The position numbers were made by a program, and so were the translations under genes. From Candidatus Fraserbacteria bacterium (lineage in GTDB: Bacteria; Bipolaricaulota; Bipolaricaulia; RBG-16-55-9): 64,000 nt of DNA. Within the stretch, counting starts at the first letter, position 1, and each line of letters opens with the position of its first letter. The DNA lies in contig JBBIOR010000004.1 of NCBI GenBank assembly GCA_037443265.1, forward strand, positions 14,062 to 78,061, read 5' to 3'. The notes under the pieces were generated by a model. That model was not told the origin of the DNA and did no database searches. It saw nothing but the letters and a program-made list of their open reading frames with translations. Positions 18,365 through 28,997 of the stretch are shown here, in pieces.

Positions 18365-20053
18365 ATGCACTTCGAGGGGATCACGCTCGCCGCTGTCATA
18401 GCGGAGCTCAAAGAGCTGGAGAAGAGCTTCATCCAGCAGATCTATCAACCCCTGCCCGAGTTGCTCTTGTTGCAGCTCTACTTGGGCCAGAGGCATCAGC
18501 TGCTCATCTCGCTCTCAGGTTCGGCGCGCGTCCATCTCACTTGGCAGAAGTATGAGAATCCATCAGCGCCATCGGCCTTCTGCATGTTGCTGCGCAAGCA
18601 TCTTAAGGGGGGAATGATTCAAGGGATTGCGCAACAGGGCCTGGAGCGCCTTGCCGATTTTATGGTCGTGCGAGGTGGGGAGGAGTACACGCTGCGCGCA
18701 GAGCTCATGGGGAATTTCAGCAACGTGATTCTGCTTAAGGGCACAGAGATTTTGGGTGCGCTTAAGCGCTCGGCAGGGCAGCGGAAGTTTTTTGCAGGCG
18801 CTCGCTATGAGCCCCCGGCCTCGCAGGGCAAGCTCGACCCGCGCGCGATCGCGAAAGATGATCTTCTGAAGGCGCTACAAGTCCGACCCGAAGAAGATGT
18901 GACGAAAGCATTGCTCAGGGTAACAGCGGGAATCGGCCCGCGCACGGCAGCTGAGATCACCCTGCGTGCAGGACTTAAGTTAAAGAGCTCGATCTCTTCG
19001 CTGAGTGCCTCAGAGTGGGACGCGCTTTGGGATGCCGTCCAGCAAGTGTTTTCTAGGATCGCCCTGAAAGATTTTCAGCCGTGCGTCTATCTCGAAGACG
19101 GAAGACCCATCGATTGTACGCCCTTTCCATTCGAGAGCTACGCGCATCTTGAGATTCAAAGCTACAAGAGCCTCTCTGAGGCGCTGGATGCTTATCATCG
19201 AGAGCGCCGTCAGGAGCCGTTCGAGCTGCTTACTAGAACAGTCGGGCAGCGGCTCAAACAACGCATCCGAAGGATTGAGAAGGCTCTTGGCCAAGTTGAA
19301 GGAGATCTAAAGGACGCCAAGCGCTTTGAGGAATACAAAGAGCAGGGGGATCTGCTGATGGCGAATCTGGCGCAGCTTAAGAAGGGCCAGAGCCAAGCGG
19401 AGATCGAAGATTTCATTCGAGGGGGCCGGCGGATGATCTCGCTCGATCCTACGCTCGATCCCGCCGCCAACGCCCAGCGTTACTACGAGCGCTACAAGAA
19501 GCTCAAACGCGCTGTTGAAAAATTGACGGAACGGCGGGAGGATCTGCAGAGAGAGCTCCGTTATCTCCACGAGTGCCAAGTGTATTTAGAGCAGGCCGAG
19601 ACGCTCGACGAACTCAAGGAGTTGCAAAAAGAGATCGAGCTGGAGGGTGCTCTGCCTATAGCTTCTGGAAGGGGAGCCAAGACGCCGTCTGGCCCCCGTC
19701 GCTACTCTGTGGATGGCTTTGCGATTCTAGTGGGAAGAAACGGGCGGCAGAACGACGCATTGATTCGCCAGGCTCATCGGGAGGACTACTGGCTCCATGC
19801 CAAAGATCGTCCGGGAGCCCATGTGCTCATCGTGAGCGATCGCAAAGGAGTGGTCCCTCCGGAGCGGGTGCTGTTGCGCGCCGCTCAGCTGGCAGCGTAT
19901 TATTCCCGAGGACGCGGCTCGACAAAAGTGCCCGTCACGTACACCCGGGTCAAATATCTGAAGAGGCCCCAGGGGGCCAAACCCGGTCAGGTGCTTGTCA
20001 TGCGAGCAGAAGGAACTTTGATCGTCTCCCCAAAGGAGAAGGAGGAGGAATGA
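18365..20053 (+). CDS. rqcH: Ribosome quality-control protein RqcH (NFACT/FbpA family)
   Basis: IQQIYQP, PSAFCMLLRKHL, ER, ELMG..SN.IL, NAQRYY..YKKLKR, VGRN..QND, WLHAKD.PGAHV, AA.LAAYYS. Confidence 0.93.
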   Translation: MHFEGITLAAVIAELKELEKSFIQQIYQPLPELLLLQLYLGQRHQLLISLSGSARVHLTWQKYENPSAPSAFCMLLRKHLKGGMIQGIAQQGLERLADFMVVRGGEEYTLRAELMGNFSNVILLKGTEILGALKRSAGQRKFFAGARYEPPASQGKLDPRAIAKDDLLKALQVRPEEDVTKALLRVTAGIGPRTAAEITLRAGLKLKSSISSLSASEWDALWDAVQQVFSRIALKDFQPCVYLEDGRPIDCTPFPFESYAHLEIQSYKSLSEALDAYHRERRQEPFELLTRTVGQRLKQRIRRIEKALGQVEGDLKDAKRFEEYKEQGDLLMANLAQLKKGQSQAEIEDFIRGGRRMISLDPTLDPAANAQRYYERYKKLKRAVEKLTERREDLQRELRYLHECQVYLEQAETLDELKELQKEIELEGALPIASGRGAKTPSGPRRYSVDGFAILVGRNGRQNDALIRQAHREDYWLHAKDRPGAHVLIVSDRKGVVPPERVLLRAAQLAAYYSRGRGSTKVPVTYTRVKYLKRPQGAKPGQVLVMRAEGTLIVSPKEKEEE

Positions 20054-20715
20054 ATCGTCTGCGCTCGATGTTCGCCTTGGCCAGCGCCACTCAGTATCTC
20101 GTCCTGGCCACCGTCATCGTCTATGCCCTTCAGATCCTGCAGCAGCCCAAAGGGGGCACGGGCTTCTTCGATCTCTTTGATGTCCGGCGGATCACCTGGA
20201 TCGAGGCGAAGTTTGGGCTCATCTCGCCTCCTCTGATGCCGGACATCCTCTGGCAATTGGTGACGTATATGTTCTTGCACGGCAGTCTCTGGCACATTCT
20301 TTTCAACATGTGGGCGCTGTGGCTCTTCGGCCATGCGCTCGAGATGGTCTGGGGTATGAAGCGTTTTTTATGTTATTATTTCTTCACGGGCATCGGAGCG
20401 GGACTCACCGTGACCGCCATCTCGCTTCTGACAGACCAGCCTGGCTTTAGCGTTACCATCGGCGCTTCTGGAGCGATTTACGGACTGCTATTAGCTTTCG
20501 GGATGCTCTTCCCCAATCAAGCGTTATATTTATTCTTCATCCCTGTGCCGATTCGAGCGAAGTATGCCGTGCTCATTTTGGGTGCGTTCGCCTTTGTGGC
20601 CTCGATGACGAACATTCTGCCGGGCATTAGCAACATCGGCCACTTGGGCGGGCTGTTCTTCGGCCTGCTCTATCTGAGGGGCCGGAGCTGGCTCTTAAGA
20701 TTATCCGGGCGTTGA
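20050..20715 (+). CDS. Rhomboid family intramembrane serine protease
   Basis: WQLVTYMFLH...HILFNM, catalytic GASGA and GHLGG; ATG overlaps the rqcH stop; GGAGGAGG RBS. Confidence 0.93.
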   Translation: MNRLRSMFALASATQYLVLATVIVYALQILQQPKGGTGFFDLFDVRRITWIEAKFGLISPPLMPDILWQLVTYMFLHGSLWHILFNMWALWLFGHALEMVWGMKRFLCYYFFTGIGAGLTVTAISLLTDQPGFSVTIGASGAIYGLLLAFGMLFPNQALYLFFIPVPIRAKYAVLILGAFAFVASMTNILPGISNIGHLGGLFFGLLYLRGRSWLLRLSGR

Positions 20716-20778
20716 GCGGAGCCATTTGAGAAGGGGTCCTTCGTCTGCTACAATGGCGCGAAAGCGAGGTCGAGCAGG

Positions 20779-21003
20779 ATGCGAACGTTTCTGCTGTTGC
20801 TCTTTGTGCTGGACGCCCTAGCCCTCATTGGTCTCATTCTCATCCAGATGAGCCGGCACGCGGGCTTGGGCGGGGCCTTTGGAGGAGGAGGTACCCATAC
20901 CGTCTTCGGGCGCGAAGAGCAGAGCGATCCCAAGCGCACGGCCACCGCTTGGCTGTCGGGCCTCTTTATGGTGCTGGCGTTGGCGCTGTCGCTCGTGCCC
21001 TAA
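20779..21003 (+). CDS. secG: Preprotein translocase subunit SecG
   Basis: TM - ILIQ...GLGGAFGGGG...VFG - TM architecture; 74 aa. Confidence 0.88.
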   Translation: MRTFLLLLFVLDALALIGLILIQMSRHAGLGGAFGGGGTHTVFGREEQSDPKRTATAWLSGLFMVLALALSLVP

Positions 21004-21015
21004 GTGAGGAGATTC

Positions 21016-21996
21016 ATGGCGGATACGCTCATTGAAGTCAGAGAGCTGAAGACATATTTCTACACGGAAGATGGGATCGTACGGGCCGTTGACGGTGTCT
21101 CGTTCGCCATTGAACGCCAGAAGACCCTGGGGGTGGTGGGCGAGAGCGGCTGCGGCAAGAGCCAGACGGCCCTCTCGATCATGGGGCTGGTGCCTATGCC
21201 TCCGGGCAAGATCGTCGGCGGCCAGGTGATCTATCACCGCAACGGCCAAGCTGTGGATCTTACTAAGCTCGACCCCAAAGGGAAAGAATATCGATCCATC
21301 CGGGGCAACGAGATCGCCATGATCTTCCAGGAGCCGATGACCTCTTTAAATCCCGTCTACACCATCGGCGATCAGATCATGGAAGCGATCATGCTCCACC
21401 AGAAGAAGAACAAGCGCGAGGCGCGAGAGTTGGCCATCGAGATGCTCCGCCAAGTCGGGATTCCGCTGCCAGAACAGCGCGTCGACGAATACCCCCACCA
21501 GCTCTCCGGCGGCATGAGACAGCGCGCCATGATCGCCATGGCTCTCTCCTGCAATCCCCACCTCTTGATCGCTGATGAGCCCACCACGGCCCTGGATGTG
21601 ACGATCCAGGCTCAGATCCTTGAGCTCATAAAAGAACTCCAGAGAGAATATCACATGTCACTCATGATGATCACCCACAACTTAGGGGTGATCGCAGAGA
21701 CGGCGGATGACGTGGTCGTCATGTACTTGGGGAAGGTGGTGGAGCACGCTCCAGCTTGGGAGATCTTCCACAACCCCAAGCATCCGTACACGCAGGGGCT
21801 CATGGAATCCATCCCAGCGCTCACCAAGAAGAAAGAGAGGCTCAAGCCGATCAAGGGCGTGGTGCCCGATCCGTATAATATTCCCAAGGGATGCCCGTTC
21901 CAGACCCGCTGCCCCTATGTGATGGATGTGTGTAAGGAGATGCCTCCTCTTAAGGAAGTCGTGCCCAATCACAAAGTGGCCTGCTGGCTCTACTAG
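21016..21996 (+). CDS. oppD: Oligopeptide/dipeptide ABC transporter ATPase (OppD/DppD)
   Basis: [44 protein letters not shown]-terminal CPF..RCP...C...VAC. Confidence 0.93.
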   Translation: MADTLIEVRELKTYFYTEDGIVRAVDGVSFAIERQKTLGVVGESGCGKSQTALSIMGLVPMPPGKIVGGQVIYHRNGQAVDLTKLDPKGKEYRSIRGNEIAMIFQEPMTSLNPVYTIGDQIMEAIMLHQKKNKREARELAIEMLRQVGIPLPEQRVDEYPHQLSGGMRQRAMIAMALSCNPHLLIADEPTTALDVTIQAQILELIKELQREYHMSLMMITHNLGVIAETADDVVVMYLGKVVEHAPAWEIFHNPKHPYTQGLMESIPALTKKKERLKPIKGVVPDPYNIPKGCPFQTRCPYVMDVCKEMPPLKEVVPNHKVACWLY

Positions 21997-22011
21997 GAGG
22001 GGTGACAGGGT

Positions 22012-23064
22012 TTGTCTAACGAAGAGCTCTTGCTCGACGTGAAGAATCTGAAGAAATACTTTCCGGTCAAGCGGGGGATTTTCCGGCGCACCGTCGCTTG
22101 GGTGAAGGCGGTCGATGGGGTCAATTTCTTCATCAAAAAGGGCGAAACGCTCGGGCTGGTGGGCGAGAGCGGCTGCGGCAAGACGACGGCCGGGCGGGCC
22201 ATCTTGCGCTTGATTGAGCCTGATCCGGGCAGCCAGATCCTCTTCCACTGGGACGGCCAGCTGGTCGACATCGCCAAGCTCCGTCCGAGCCAACTCAAAC
22301 CCCTACGCCGCCAGATGCAGATCATCTTTCAAGATCCCTATTCGAGTCTCAACCCGCGCATGACCATTGGAGACATCATTGGGGAGCCGTTGGTCGTGCA
22401 CGGGGTGGCCCGCGGCAAGGAGCGCGAGGCCCGCGTGAGGGAACTCTTGGACGCCGTCGGACTCAACCCGGCGTACATGAAGCGCTATCCGCACGAGTTT
22501 TCCGGCGGCCAGCGGCAGCGCATTGGGATCGCCCGTGCGCTCGCCCTCGATCCCCAGCTCATCATCTGCGACGAGCCGGTCTCCGCGCTGGATGTCTCGA
22601 TTCAGGCTCAAGTGCTCAATCTGTTGGAAGATCTTCAGAAAGAATTCGGGCTGACGTATCTCTTCATCGCGCATGATCTCTCGGTGGTGCGCCACATCAG
22701 CGACAGAATTGCCGTGATGTATTTAGGCAAGATCGTGGAGATGGCCGACACCGAGGAGCTCTTCCGGAATCCCAAGCACCCCTACACGGAAGCGCTGCTT
22801 TCGGCCGTTCCTGTGCCCGATCCGGCTGTGAAGATGGATCGGATCATCCTCGAAGGAGATGTGCCCAGCCCCGTCAATCCGCCGGCGGGATGCGTCTTCC
22901 ACCCGCGCTGTCCCTATTACAACAAGAACCGCTGGGAGGCCTGCAAGACCAAGGTGCCCGAGCTGATGGACGTGACGGGGACGGGGCATTATGCGGCCTG
23001 TCACTTCGCCCGTGAGCTGAAGCTTCAGGGTGTGGAGGAGATCGTGGAGCGACGCGCGCGTTGA
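22012..23064 (+). CDS. oppF: Oligopeptide/dipeptide ABC transporter ATPase (OppF/DppF)
   Basis: [52 protein letters not shown]. Confidence 0.93.
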   Translation: MSNEELLLDVKNLKKYFPVKRGIFRRTVAWVKAVDGVNFFIKKGETLGLVGESGCGKTTAGRAILRLIEPDPGSQILFHWDGQLVDIAKLRPSQLKPLRRQMQIIFQDPYSSLNPRMTIGDIIGEPLVVHGVARGKEREARVRELLDAVGLNPAYMKRYPHEFSGGQRQRIGIARALALDPQLIICDEPVSALDVSIQAQVLNLLEDLQKEFGLTYLFIAHDLSVVRHISDRIAVMYLGKIVEMADTEELFRNPKHPYTEALLSAVPVPDPAVKMDRIILEGDVPSPVNPPAGCVFHPRCPYYNKNRWEACKTKVPELMDVTGTGHYAACHFARELKLQGVEEIVERRAR

Positions 23065-23636
23065 AAATCCTGCTCGGGACGAAAAACGACAAAAAAATCC
23101 CAGAATTTCTCGATATATTGGCAGGTCTCCCGGCTGTTCAATGGTTGACATATCAGGACTGTCCGTTTCGTGATGTAGAAGAGGACGGTCGCAGCTTTGA
23201 AGAGAATGCGCTTAAAAAGGCCCGCCAGATCTCGCAAGAGACGGGGCTGGCCACTTTGGCCGAAGACTCCGGACTGGAAGTGAGAGCGCTACAGGGGGCC
23301 CCAGGCGTGAGGAGTGCGCGCTTTGCGGGCGAGAAGGCCACAGACTCCCAAAACATCCAGAAGCTCCTCCAAGGGCTTAAGGGCGTAGCTGATCGAAGAG
23401 CTCGCTTCGTGTGCGTGGCTGTCTTGCGTTTCCCCGATGGAAGGGAGCTGATCTCGCGGGGGATGCTTGAGGGCAAGATTGCAGAGGAGCCTCGGGGACA
23501 AGCGGGCTTCGGCTATGATCCCGTCTTCATCCCTGAGGGCTATGACAAGACGCTCGCGGAGCTAGGGCCTGAGGTGAAAAATCACATCAGTCATCGGCGA
23601 AGGGCTCTTGAAAAACTCATGCAAGATCTTCTATGA
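23061..23636 (+). CDS. rdgB: Non-canonical purine NTP pyrophosphatase (RdgB/HAM1)
   Basis: T.N..K..E, EDSGL...[24 protein letters not shown]. Confidence 0.95.
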   Translation: MKILLGTKNDKKIPEFLDILAGLPAVQWLTYQDCPFRDVEEDGRSFEENALKKARQISQETGLATLAEDSGLEVRALQGAPGVRSARFAGEKATDSQNIQKLLQGLKGVADRRARFVCVAVLRFPDGRELISRGMLEGKIAEEPRGQAGFGYDPVFIPEGYDKTLAELGPEVKNHISHRRRALEKLMQDLL

Positions 23637-23655
23637 GCCCAATACGAGCGATGAA

Positions 23656-24762
23656 CTAGGCTTCTCGTAACTCCTGATCTAATTCTTCGAGCAGCTGCCG
23701 CCCTCGCTGTGTGAGGTTCTTCGGGGTCACGACTCTCACCGTCACGTACTGATCGCCCCGGCCCCCTCCTCTAAGATGAGGAATTCCCAGCCCCGGCAGC
23801 TTGAACATCTCGCCGGACTGCGTCCCTGGCGGTATGGAAAGTTCTTCCTGGCCGAAGAGCGTCGGCACTTTGATCTTCGCTCCCAACGCCGCCTGGGCGA
23901 AGGTGATGGGGACCTCGCAGTAGATATCATCGCCCTGGCGGGTGAAAGTATCGTGCGGCGTGATCTCCACGATGATATATAGATCCCCCGCTGGGCCGCC
24001 GTACAGCCCGGCGTTGCCCTCGCCTGCCAGCCTCAGGCGCGAGTCGGTGTCCACCCCCGGCGGCACTTTGATCGAGATCCGGCTCTGCTCCCAGATCCGC
24101 CCTTGCCCATCGCACTTTTGACAGAGCGTCTCAGAGATCTCTCCGGTCCCCTCGCAGCGCCGACAGGTCATGATGTTGACAAAGCTGCCCAGCATCGTCC
24201 GCCGGCGCGATTCGACTTGGCCTCGGCCCTGGCACGAGGGACAAGTGACCACTCGAGAGCCCGGCTCGCGCCCCTCTCCGCCACAGCGATCGCACGCGAC
24301 ATAACGGGGGACGGTGACCTTGACGCGCGTGCCCCCTGCGGCGTCTTCAAGGGTCAGCCGAAGCTTGTATTCAAGATCTTCGCCTCGCTGGGCCCGAGTT
24401 CTTTGATGGGCGCGAGCCGTGGTGCGCATCCCCTCGCCGAAGAACATGCTGAAGAGATCATCCCAAGCGGTGCCGAAGCCGAATTCCTCAAAGGCCTCGC
24501 GCGCCCGGCGGAAGTCTCTTAGATCAAACTCGAAGCCTTGCTCCGGCCCCACATGGCCGAAGCGATCATATTGGGCCCGCTTCTGCGGATCTGAGAGCAC
24601 TTCGTAGGCCTCGGCGATCTCTTTGAATTTCTCGGCGCTCCCGCCGTCTTTGGCCACATCGGGATGATACTTCTTCGCCAATCTGCGGTAGGCCTTCTTG
24701 ATCTCCTCCGGTGAAGCCTCCCGGCTGACCCCTAAAGTCGCGTAGTAGTCCTTCTTAGCCAT
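23656..24762 (-). CDS. dnaJ: Chaperone DnaJ
   Basis: J domain with HPD, G/F region, four CxxCxGxG repeats. Confidence 0.97.
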   Translation of the reverse strand: MAKKDYYATLGVSREASPEEIKKAYRRLAKKYHPDVAKDGGSAEKFKEIAEAYEVLSDPQKRAQYDRFGHVGPEQGFEFDLRDFRRAREAFEEFGFGTAWDDLFSMFFGEGMRTTARAHQRTRAQRGEDLEYKLRLTLEDAAGGTRVKVTVPRYVACDRCGGEGREPGSRVVTCPSCQGRGQVESRRRTMLGSFVNIMTCRRCEGTGEISETLCQKCDGQGRIWEQSRISIKVPPGVDTDSRLRLAGEGNAGLYGGPAGDLYIIVEITPHDTFTRQGDDIYCEVPITFAQAALGAKIKVPTLFGQEELSIPPGTQSGEMFKLPGLGIPHLRGGGRGDQYVTVRVVTPKNLTQRGRQLLEELDQELREA

Positions 24763-24783
24763 GGGTAGCGCTCAGCAGCGCAG

Positions 24784-26640
24784 CTATTTGCTGCCATCTT
24801 CCTTCTCGTACTCGGCCTCGACATACTCGCCCGAGTCGCGCTCTTCTCCCTCCGCGCCGTCTCGGCCCGCCTGGCCAGCGGCCTCGGCCTGCCGTTGATA
24901 GATCTGCTGGCCCAGCTCCAGTGACGCTTGACGGAGCTCCTCCATCGCCTGCCTGAGCTCTGTGGCAGAAGCCTCGCGCCTAAGTAGCTCTTTGAGAGAG
25001 TCGACCTTGGCCTGGATCTTCCGACGAGTTGCCTCGCTCAGCTTATCTGCGAACTCGCGCAGGCTCTTCTCGACGGTGTAGACCAGATGATCCGCCTGGT
25101 TGCGCGTCTCGATCTCTTCCACTCGCCGACGATCCTCTTCGGCGTACTGCTCGGCCTCGCGCTGCATCCTCTTGATCTCTTCTTCGCTGAGGCGCGAGGA
25201 CTCTTTGATCACAATGCTGGCCGACTTGCCCGTCCCCAGATCCTTCGCCGTCACGTTGAGGATGCCGTCGGCGTCGATAGAGAACTTGACTTCGATCTGA
25301 GGGACGCCTCGGGGGGCGGGCGGAATGCCCGTGAGCTGGAATCTCCCCAGGCTCTTGTTGTCCCTGGCCAACTTGCGCTCCCCCTGCACGATGTGGATGT
25401 CTACGCTCGTCTGGCCATCATCGGCCGTGGTGAAGACCCGCGTCTTCTCGCACGGAATTGTGGTGTTCTTCTCGATGATGGGGGTGGCGATTCCGCCCAG
25501 GGTCTCAATCGAGAGCGTAAGAGGCGTGACATCCAGAAGGACGATCTCATCGATCTCGCCTGCCAGAACCGCCCCTTGCAGAGCCGCTCCCAGTGCCACG
25601 ACTTCATCCGGGTTGATCTCTTTGTTGATCTTGCCGGGGACGAGTTGTTCAATCAGCTGCTGCACCTTGGGGATGCGAGTGGAGCCCCCAACGAGCACGA
25701 CTTGATCGATGTCTTTCTCCGTCATCTTCGCATCCTTGAGCGTCTGCTGCACGAGTACGATCGTGCGCTCCAGAAGATCTCCGATCAAGCTCTCCAGCTT
25801 GGCGCGGGTGAGCTTGCGCTCGAGATGCTTCGGCCCTTTCTCATCCGCCGTGATGTACGGCAGACTGATGAGGGTCTCCTGCTTGAAGGAGAGCTCCTTC
25901 TTGGCGTTTTCCGCCGCATCCTTGAGTCGCTGCATGGCCGAAAGATCTCTTCTAAGATCGATGCCGGTCTCTTGCTTGAATTCTTCGACGAGCCAATTCA
26001 TGATCCGCTCGTCGAAGTCTTTGCCACCCAGCTGGGTGTCGCCGCCGGTGGCCACCACCTCGAAGACACCCTCGCCGATTTCGAGGATCGAGATGTCGAA
26101 GGTGCCGCCGCCCAGATCGTAGACGAGGATCGTCTGGTCTTTCTCCTTGTCGAGTCCGTAGGCCAGCGCTGCCGCCGTGGGCTCGTTGAAGACCCTCATG
26201 ACCTCCAGGCCCGCGATGCGGCCCGCATCTTTCGTGGCTTGACGCTGCATGTTGTTAAAATAGGCCGGACAGGTGATCACGGCCTTCTTGATCTTGTGGC
26301 CTAGCCGCTCCTCCGCATCGGCCTTGAGTTTCTGCAAGATCATGGCCGAGATCTCCTCGGGCGAGTATTCTTTCGCGCCCTGCCGGGTCTGGATACGCAC
26401 ACGATAATCCGTGCCCATCTTGCGCTTAATTTCAAGAATGGTGCGCTCCGGATTCGTGACCGCCTGACGGCGGGCCAGCATGCCCACTAAGCGCTCCCCA
26501 TCCTCGCTGAAGGCCACCACCGAAGGGGTAATTCTCTCCCCCTCCGCGTTGGGGATGATCTCCGGCTTGCCGCCTTCGACGATGGCAAGGGCCGAAAATG
26601 TCGTTCCCAAATCGATTCCCACGATCTTCTCTTTCGCCAT
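24784..26640 (-). CDS. dnaK: Chaperone DnaK (Hsp70)
   Basis: [50 protein letters not shown]. Confidence 0.99.
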   Translation of the reverse strand: MAKEKIVGIDLGTTFSALAIVEGGKPEIIPNAEGERITPSVVAFSEDGERLVGMLARRQAVTNPERTILEIKRKMGTDYRVRIQTRQGAKEYSPEEISAMILQKLKADAEERLGHKIKKAVITCPAYFNNMQRQATKDAGRIAGLEVMRVFNEPTAAALAYGLDKEKDQTILVYDLGGGTFDISILEIGEGVFEVVATGGDTQLGGKDFDERIMNWLVEEFKQETGIDLRRDLSAMQRLKDAAENAKKELSFKQETLISLPYITADEKGPKHLERKLTRAKLESLIGDLLERTIVLVQQTLKDAKMTEKDIDQVVLVGGSTRIPKVQQLIEQLVPGKINKEINPDEVVALGAALQGAVLAGEIDEIVLLDVTPLTLSIETLGGIATPIIEKNTTIPCEKTRVFTTADDGQTSVDIHIVQGERKLARDNKSLGRFQLTGIPPAPRGVPQIEVKFSIDADGILNVTAKDLGTGKSASIVIKESSRLSEEEIKRMQREAEQYAEEDRRRVEEIETRNQADHLVYTVEKSLREFADKLSEATRRKIQAKVDSLKELLRREASATELRQAMEELRQASLELGQQIYQRQAEAAGQAGRDGAEGEERDSGEYVEAEYEKEDGSK

Positions 26641-27209
26641 TAGCTCCTCCCTCCTTGCTCTTCACCGGCTCTTCTTCGGCTCACCTTGACGCGGCTGGGG
26701 CGCAGGAGCCGCCCGGCGCGCAGGTAGCCGCGCTCGAATTCCTCCAGCACCAGATTGGGCTTCTCATCCGCCTCCACGCTCAAAAGCGCCTCATGAAGCG
26801 CGGGATCAAACGGTCTTCCGAGGGCCTCAATGGGGTGGACGTCTTGAGCTTTCAAAAACTCGTGGAACTGGGCGAAGATGCGCTCCATGCCCTCGATGAA
26901 CGACTCTTTGTCGTTGTTCTTGCGAAACGCCCGAAACGCCAGCTCAAAGCTGTCATAGATGGGCAGGATCTTCAACAGGAGCTGATTCTCGACCAGATGA
27001 GCGAATTCCTCCTGTTGGCGGGCCACTCTCTTCTGGTAGTTCTCAAAGTCGGCCTGCAAGTGCTTCAATCGGTCGATATAGGCCTTCAATTGCTCGTCTT
27101 TCTCCTGGAGCTCTCTGCGAAGCTGTTCGACCGTCTCTTGTGGAGCCGTCTCCGTCTGAGTCATCTCCGGATTGGAGTTCATCTCCGGCCTTGAGTGCTT
27201 CTTCGTCAT
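26640..27209 (-). CDS. grpE: Nucleotide exchange factor GrpE
   Basis: ADFENY.KR, FDP.LHEA, GY....LLRP.RVKV; GGAGGT RBS before ATG 27209. Confidence 0.95.
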   Translation of the reverse strand: MTKKHSRPEMNSNPEMTQTETAPQETVEQLRRELQEKDEQLKAYIDRLKHLQADFENYQKRVARQQEEFAHLVENQLLLKILPIYDSFELAFRAFRKNNDKESFIEGMERIFAQFHEFLKAQDVHPIEALGRPFDPALHEALLSVEADEKPNLVLEEFERGYLRAGRLLRPSRVKVSRRRAGEEQGGRS

Positions 27210-27210
27210 A

Positions 27211-28251
27211 TTATGCACCTCCCTCTACGGTGGGCACGCCCTCGCGGTGGCTGAGCGCCAGAATCGCCTGGAGGCGATTGCCAATATAAGTCGTGACCGA
27301 GAAGGCCTTGCTGTAGTCCATGCGGATGGGGCCGAGCACCCCCAGCACACCGGAGAAGCCGTACTCCATGAAGACCAAACTGCAAGAGCGCAGATCTCGC
27401 AGGGCGTTCTCTTTTCCGATGAGCGCCTGGACTCGAGGAGACGCCTCCGATTCCAGATAGCGACCGAAGCGATGGGCATCGCTGACGAGGGCAAGAATCT
27501 CACAGGCATCGGCGAGATCCTGGCCTTCCTCCAAGAGGCGTGGCAGAAGTCGAAAGAGCCCTTCGGCATGGAGCCTGCGCTCCAGTCGGCGCTCCAGGGC
27601 ACTCTTCAACAGCAAGAAGGCGCCTCTCACGATAGGGTCGTACCAGTCTTCCTCTTCGGCAAAGCGCAGGGCAAAAGCCCGGACTTCGTCCAGCCGGCGC
27701 CCGCGCAGCGTGGCGTTGAGCAGAGCGCTGACCTCTCGGATCTCCGCCTCGGAGAGCGCTGAGCGGATGACGGCGTGGTCGATGATCCCAAGCTCTGAGA
27801 CGATCACCACGAGCACGTTCTGCGCATCGAGCTTGACGAACGTGATCGACTCCAGGCGCGTCTCCTCCAGACGCGGGGAGAGCACAAAGCCGGCGTAGCT
27901 ACTGAGATTCGCCAGCAGGAAGGCTGTCTGGCGCAGGAGTTCACCAATCTCCAGGCGCTGAAAGCGATAACTCTCGATGAGCGCGTGCTCTGCTTGGCGG
28001 TGGAGCTCGCTGAGCTCCACGAGCCAATCGACGAAGAAGCGATAGCCCTTCTCGGTGGGTACCCGCCCGGCGGAGCTGTACTCCTTGCGGATGAGCCCTT
28101 GCTCCTCCAGATCCATCATGTCGTTGCGGATCGTGGCGGAGCTCACCGAGAGCCCATACTCCCCTAAGAGCGTCTGGGAGCTGACAGGCTGACCCGTGCG
28201 GATATAATGATCCACGATCGCCTTGAGCACCCATTTCTTCCGGTCTTCCAT
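27211..28251 (-). CDS. hrcA: Heat-inducible transcription repressor HrcA
   Basis: YI.TG.PVSS, SSATIRN.M.DLEE.G, SAGRVPT.KGYR.FVD, GVLGP.RMDY. Confidence 0.95.
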   Translation of the reverse strand: MEDRKKWVLKAIVDHYIRTGQPVSSQTLLGEYGLSVSSATIRNDMMDLEEQGLIRKEYSSAGRVPTEKGYRFFVDWLVELSELHRQAEHALIESYRFQRLEIGELLRQTAFLLANLSSYAGFVLSPRLEETRLESITFVKLDAQNVLVVIVSELGIIDHAVIRSALSEAEIREVSALLNATLRGRRLDEVRAFALRFAEEEDWYDPIVRGAFLLLKSALERRLERRLHAEGLFRLLPRLLEEGQDLADACEILALVSDAHRFGRYLESEASPRVQALIGKENALRDLRSCSLVFMEYGFSGVLGVLGPIRMDYSKAFSVTTYIGNRLQAILALSHREGVPTVEGGA

Positions 28252-28254
28252 GAA

Positions 28255-28281
28255 TTAGCACTCTCCATCAATGACTGCTAA
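28255..28281. promoter_or_regulatory. CIRCE element (HrcA operator)
   Basis: TTAGCACTC-N9-GACTGCTAA, one mismatch to the consensus, 3 nt from the hrcA ATG. Confidence 0.95.
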
Positions 28282-28290
28282 TCAAGGGGG

Positions 28291-28319
28291 ATGATACAGA
28301 TTTATGCGGAAGTTGTCAA
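28291..28319 (-). promoter_or_regulatory. Sigma70-type promoter of the hrcA operon
   Basis: On the minus strand: TTGACA, 17 nt spacer, TATCAT, just upstream of CIRCE. Confidence 0.8.
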
Positions 28320-28390
28320 GCTAGGCCGGACCAGCTGGGACCCGGCATTTCGAGCGGAGTAAGAGACGGCACCACTATAATCTCAAAGCC

Positions 28391-28933
28391 ATGGAGAACA
28401 TCAAGAAGCTCTATCCCCGAGAGCTGCGCAAGCGGATGCCGACCCCCGAGGAAGTCGCAGCCATCCCCCGTCAACCCCTCATCTTCGTGCTGGATAATAT
28501 CCTCGACACGTTCAACGTGGGGGCGCTCTTTCGCCTGGCGGACGCCGTGGCGGCCGAAAAGCTCTATCTCTGTGGGGAGACTCCGATGCCTCCCAACGCC
28601 CGCATTCACAAATCGGCCGTGGGAACGGAGAACTGGGTGCCCTGGGAGCATCGCCCCGATTCTATCTCTATCATAAAAGAACTTAAGGCTGGCAAGCTCC
28701 CTCGAAAGATCATCGCCGTCGAGCAACACCCGCGCAGCATCCCTTACGCGCAGCTCACGGCCTCGCTGCCAGCCGCTGTGATCCTGGGGCATGAGACGCG
28801 CGGCATCACCCCCGAAGCGCTGGCGCTGGCCGATGTGATTGTGGAGTTGCCGATGCTGGGGGTAACGCGCTCGCTCAACGTGGCAGCCACCGCAGCCGTC
28901 GTCGTGTACAAACTGCTGGAAGGCAGTCGGTAG
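28391..28933 (+). CDS. TrmH/SpoU family RNA 2'-O-methyltransferase
   Basis: VLDNI.D.FNVGALFR.AD, ILGHE..GI, ELPMLG..RSLNVA.TAAV. Confidence 0.92.
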   Translation: MENIKKLYPRELRKRMPTPEEVAAIPRQPLIFVLDNILDTFNVGALFRLADAVAAEKLYLCGETPMPPNARIHKSAVGTENWVPWEHRPDSISIIKELKAGKLPRKIIAVEQHPRSIPYAQLTASLPAAVILGHETRGITPEALALADVIVELPMLGVTRSLNVAATAAVVVYKLLEGSR

Positions 28934-28941
28934 GCAAAGAA

Positions 28942-28971
28942 TTGACATGACCTTAAGAGAATTCCTACAAT
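28942..28971 (+). promoter_or_regulatory. Sigma70-type promoter for the Omp85 gene pair
   Basis: TTGACA (28942-28947), 18 nt spacer, TACAAT (28966-28971); AAAGGAGG RBS downstream. Confidence 0.7.
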
Positions 28972-28997
28972 GCCTCTACTAAAGGAGGAATGCGGTG

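Noticed and set aside
19573..20049. N-terminal extension of the 380-aa ORF
   Set aside because: Out-of-frame overlap with rqcH. The rhomboid starts at 20050 behind GGAGGAGG.
25087..26304. 405-aa antisense ORF to dnaK, plus other long antisense ORFs (opposite copA, rny, the M32 peptidase, grpE/hrcA)
   Set aside because: A well-known codon-bias artefact of GC-rich, highly expressed genes; no RBS or recognisable motifs.
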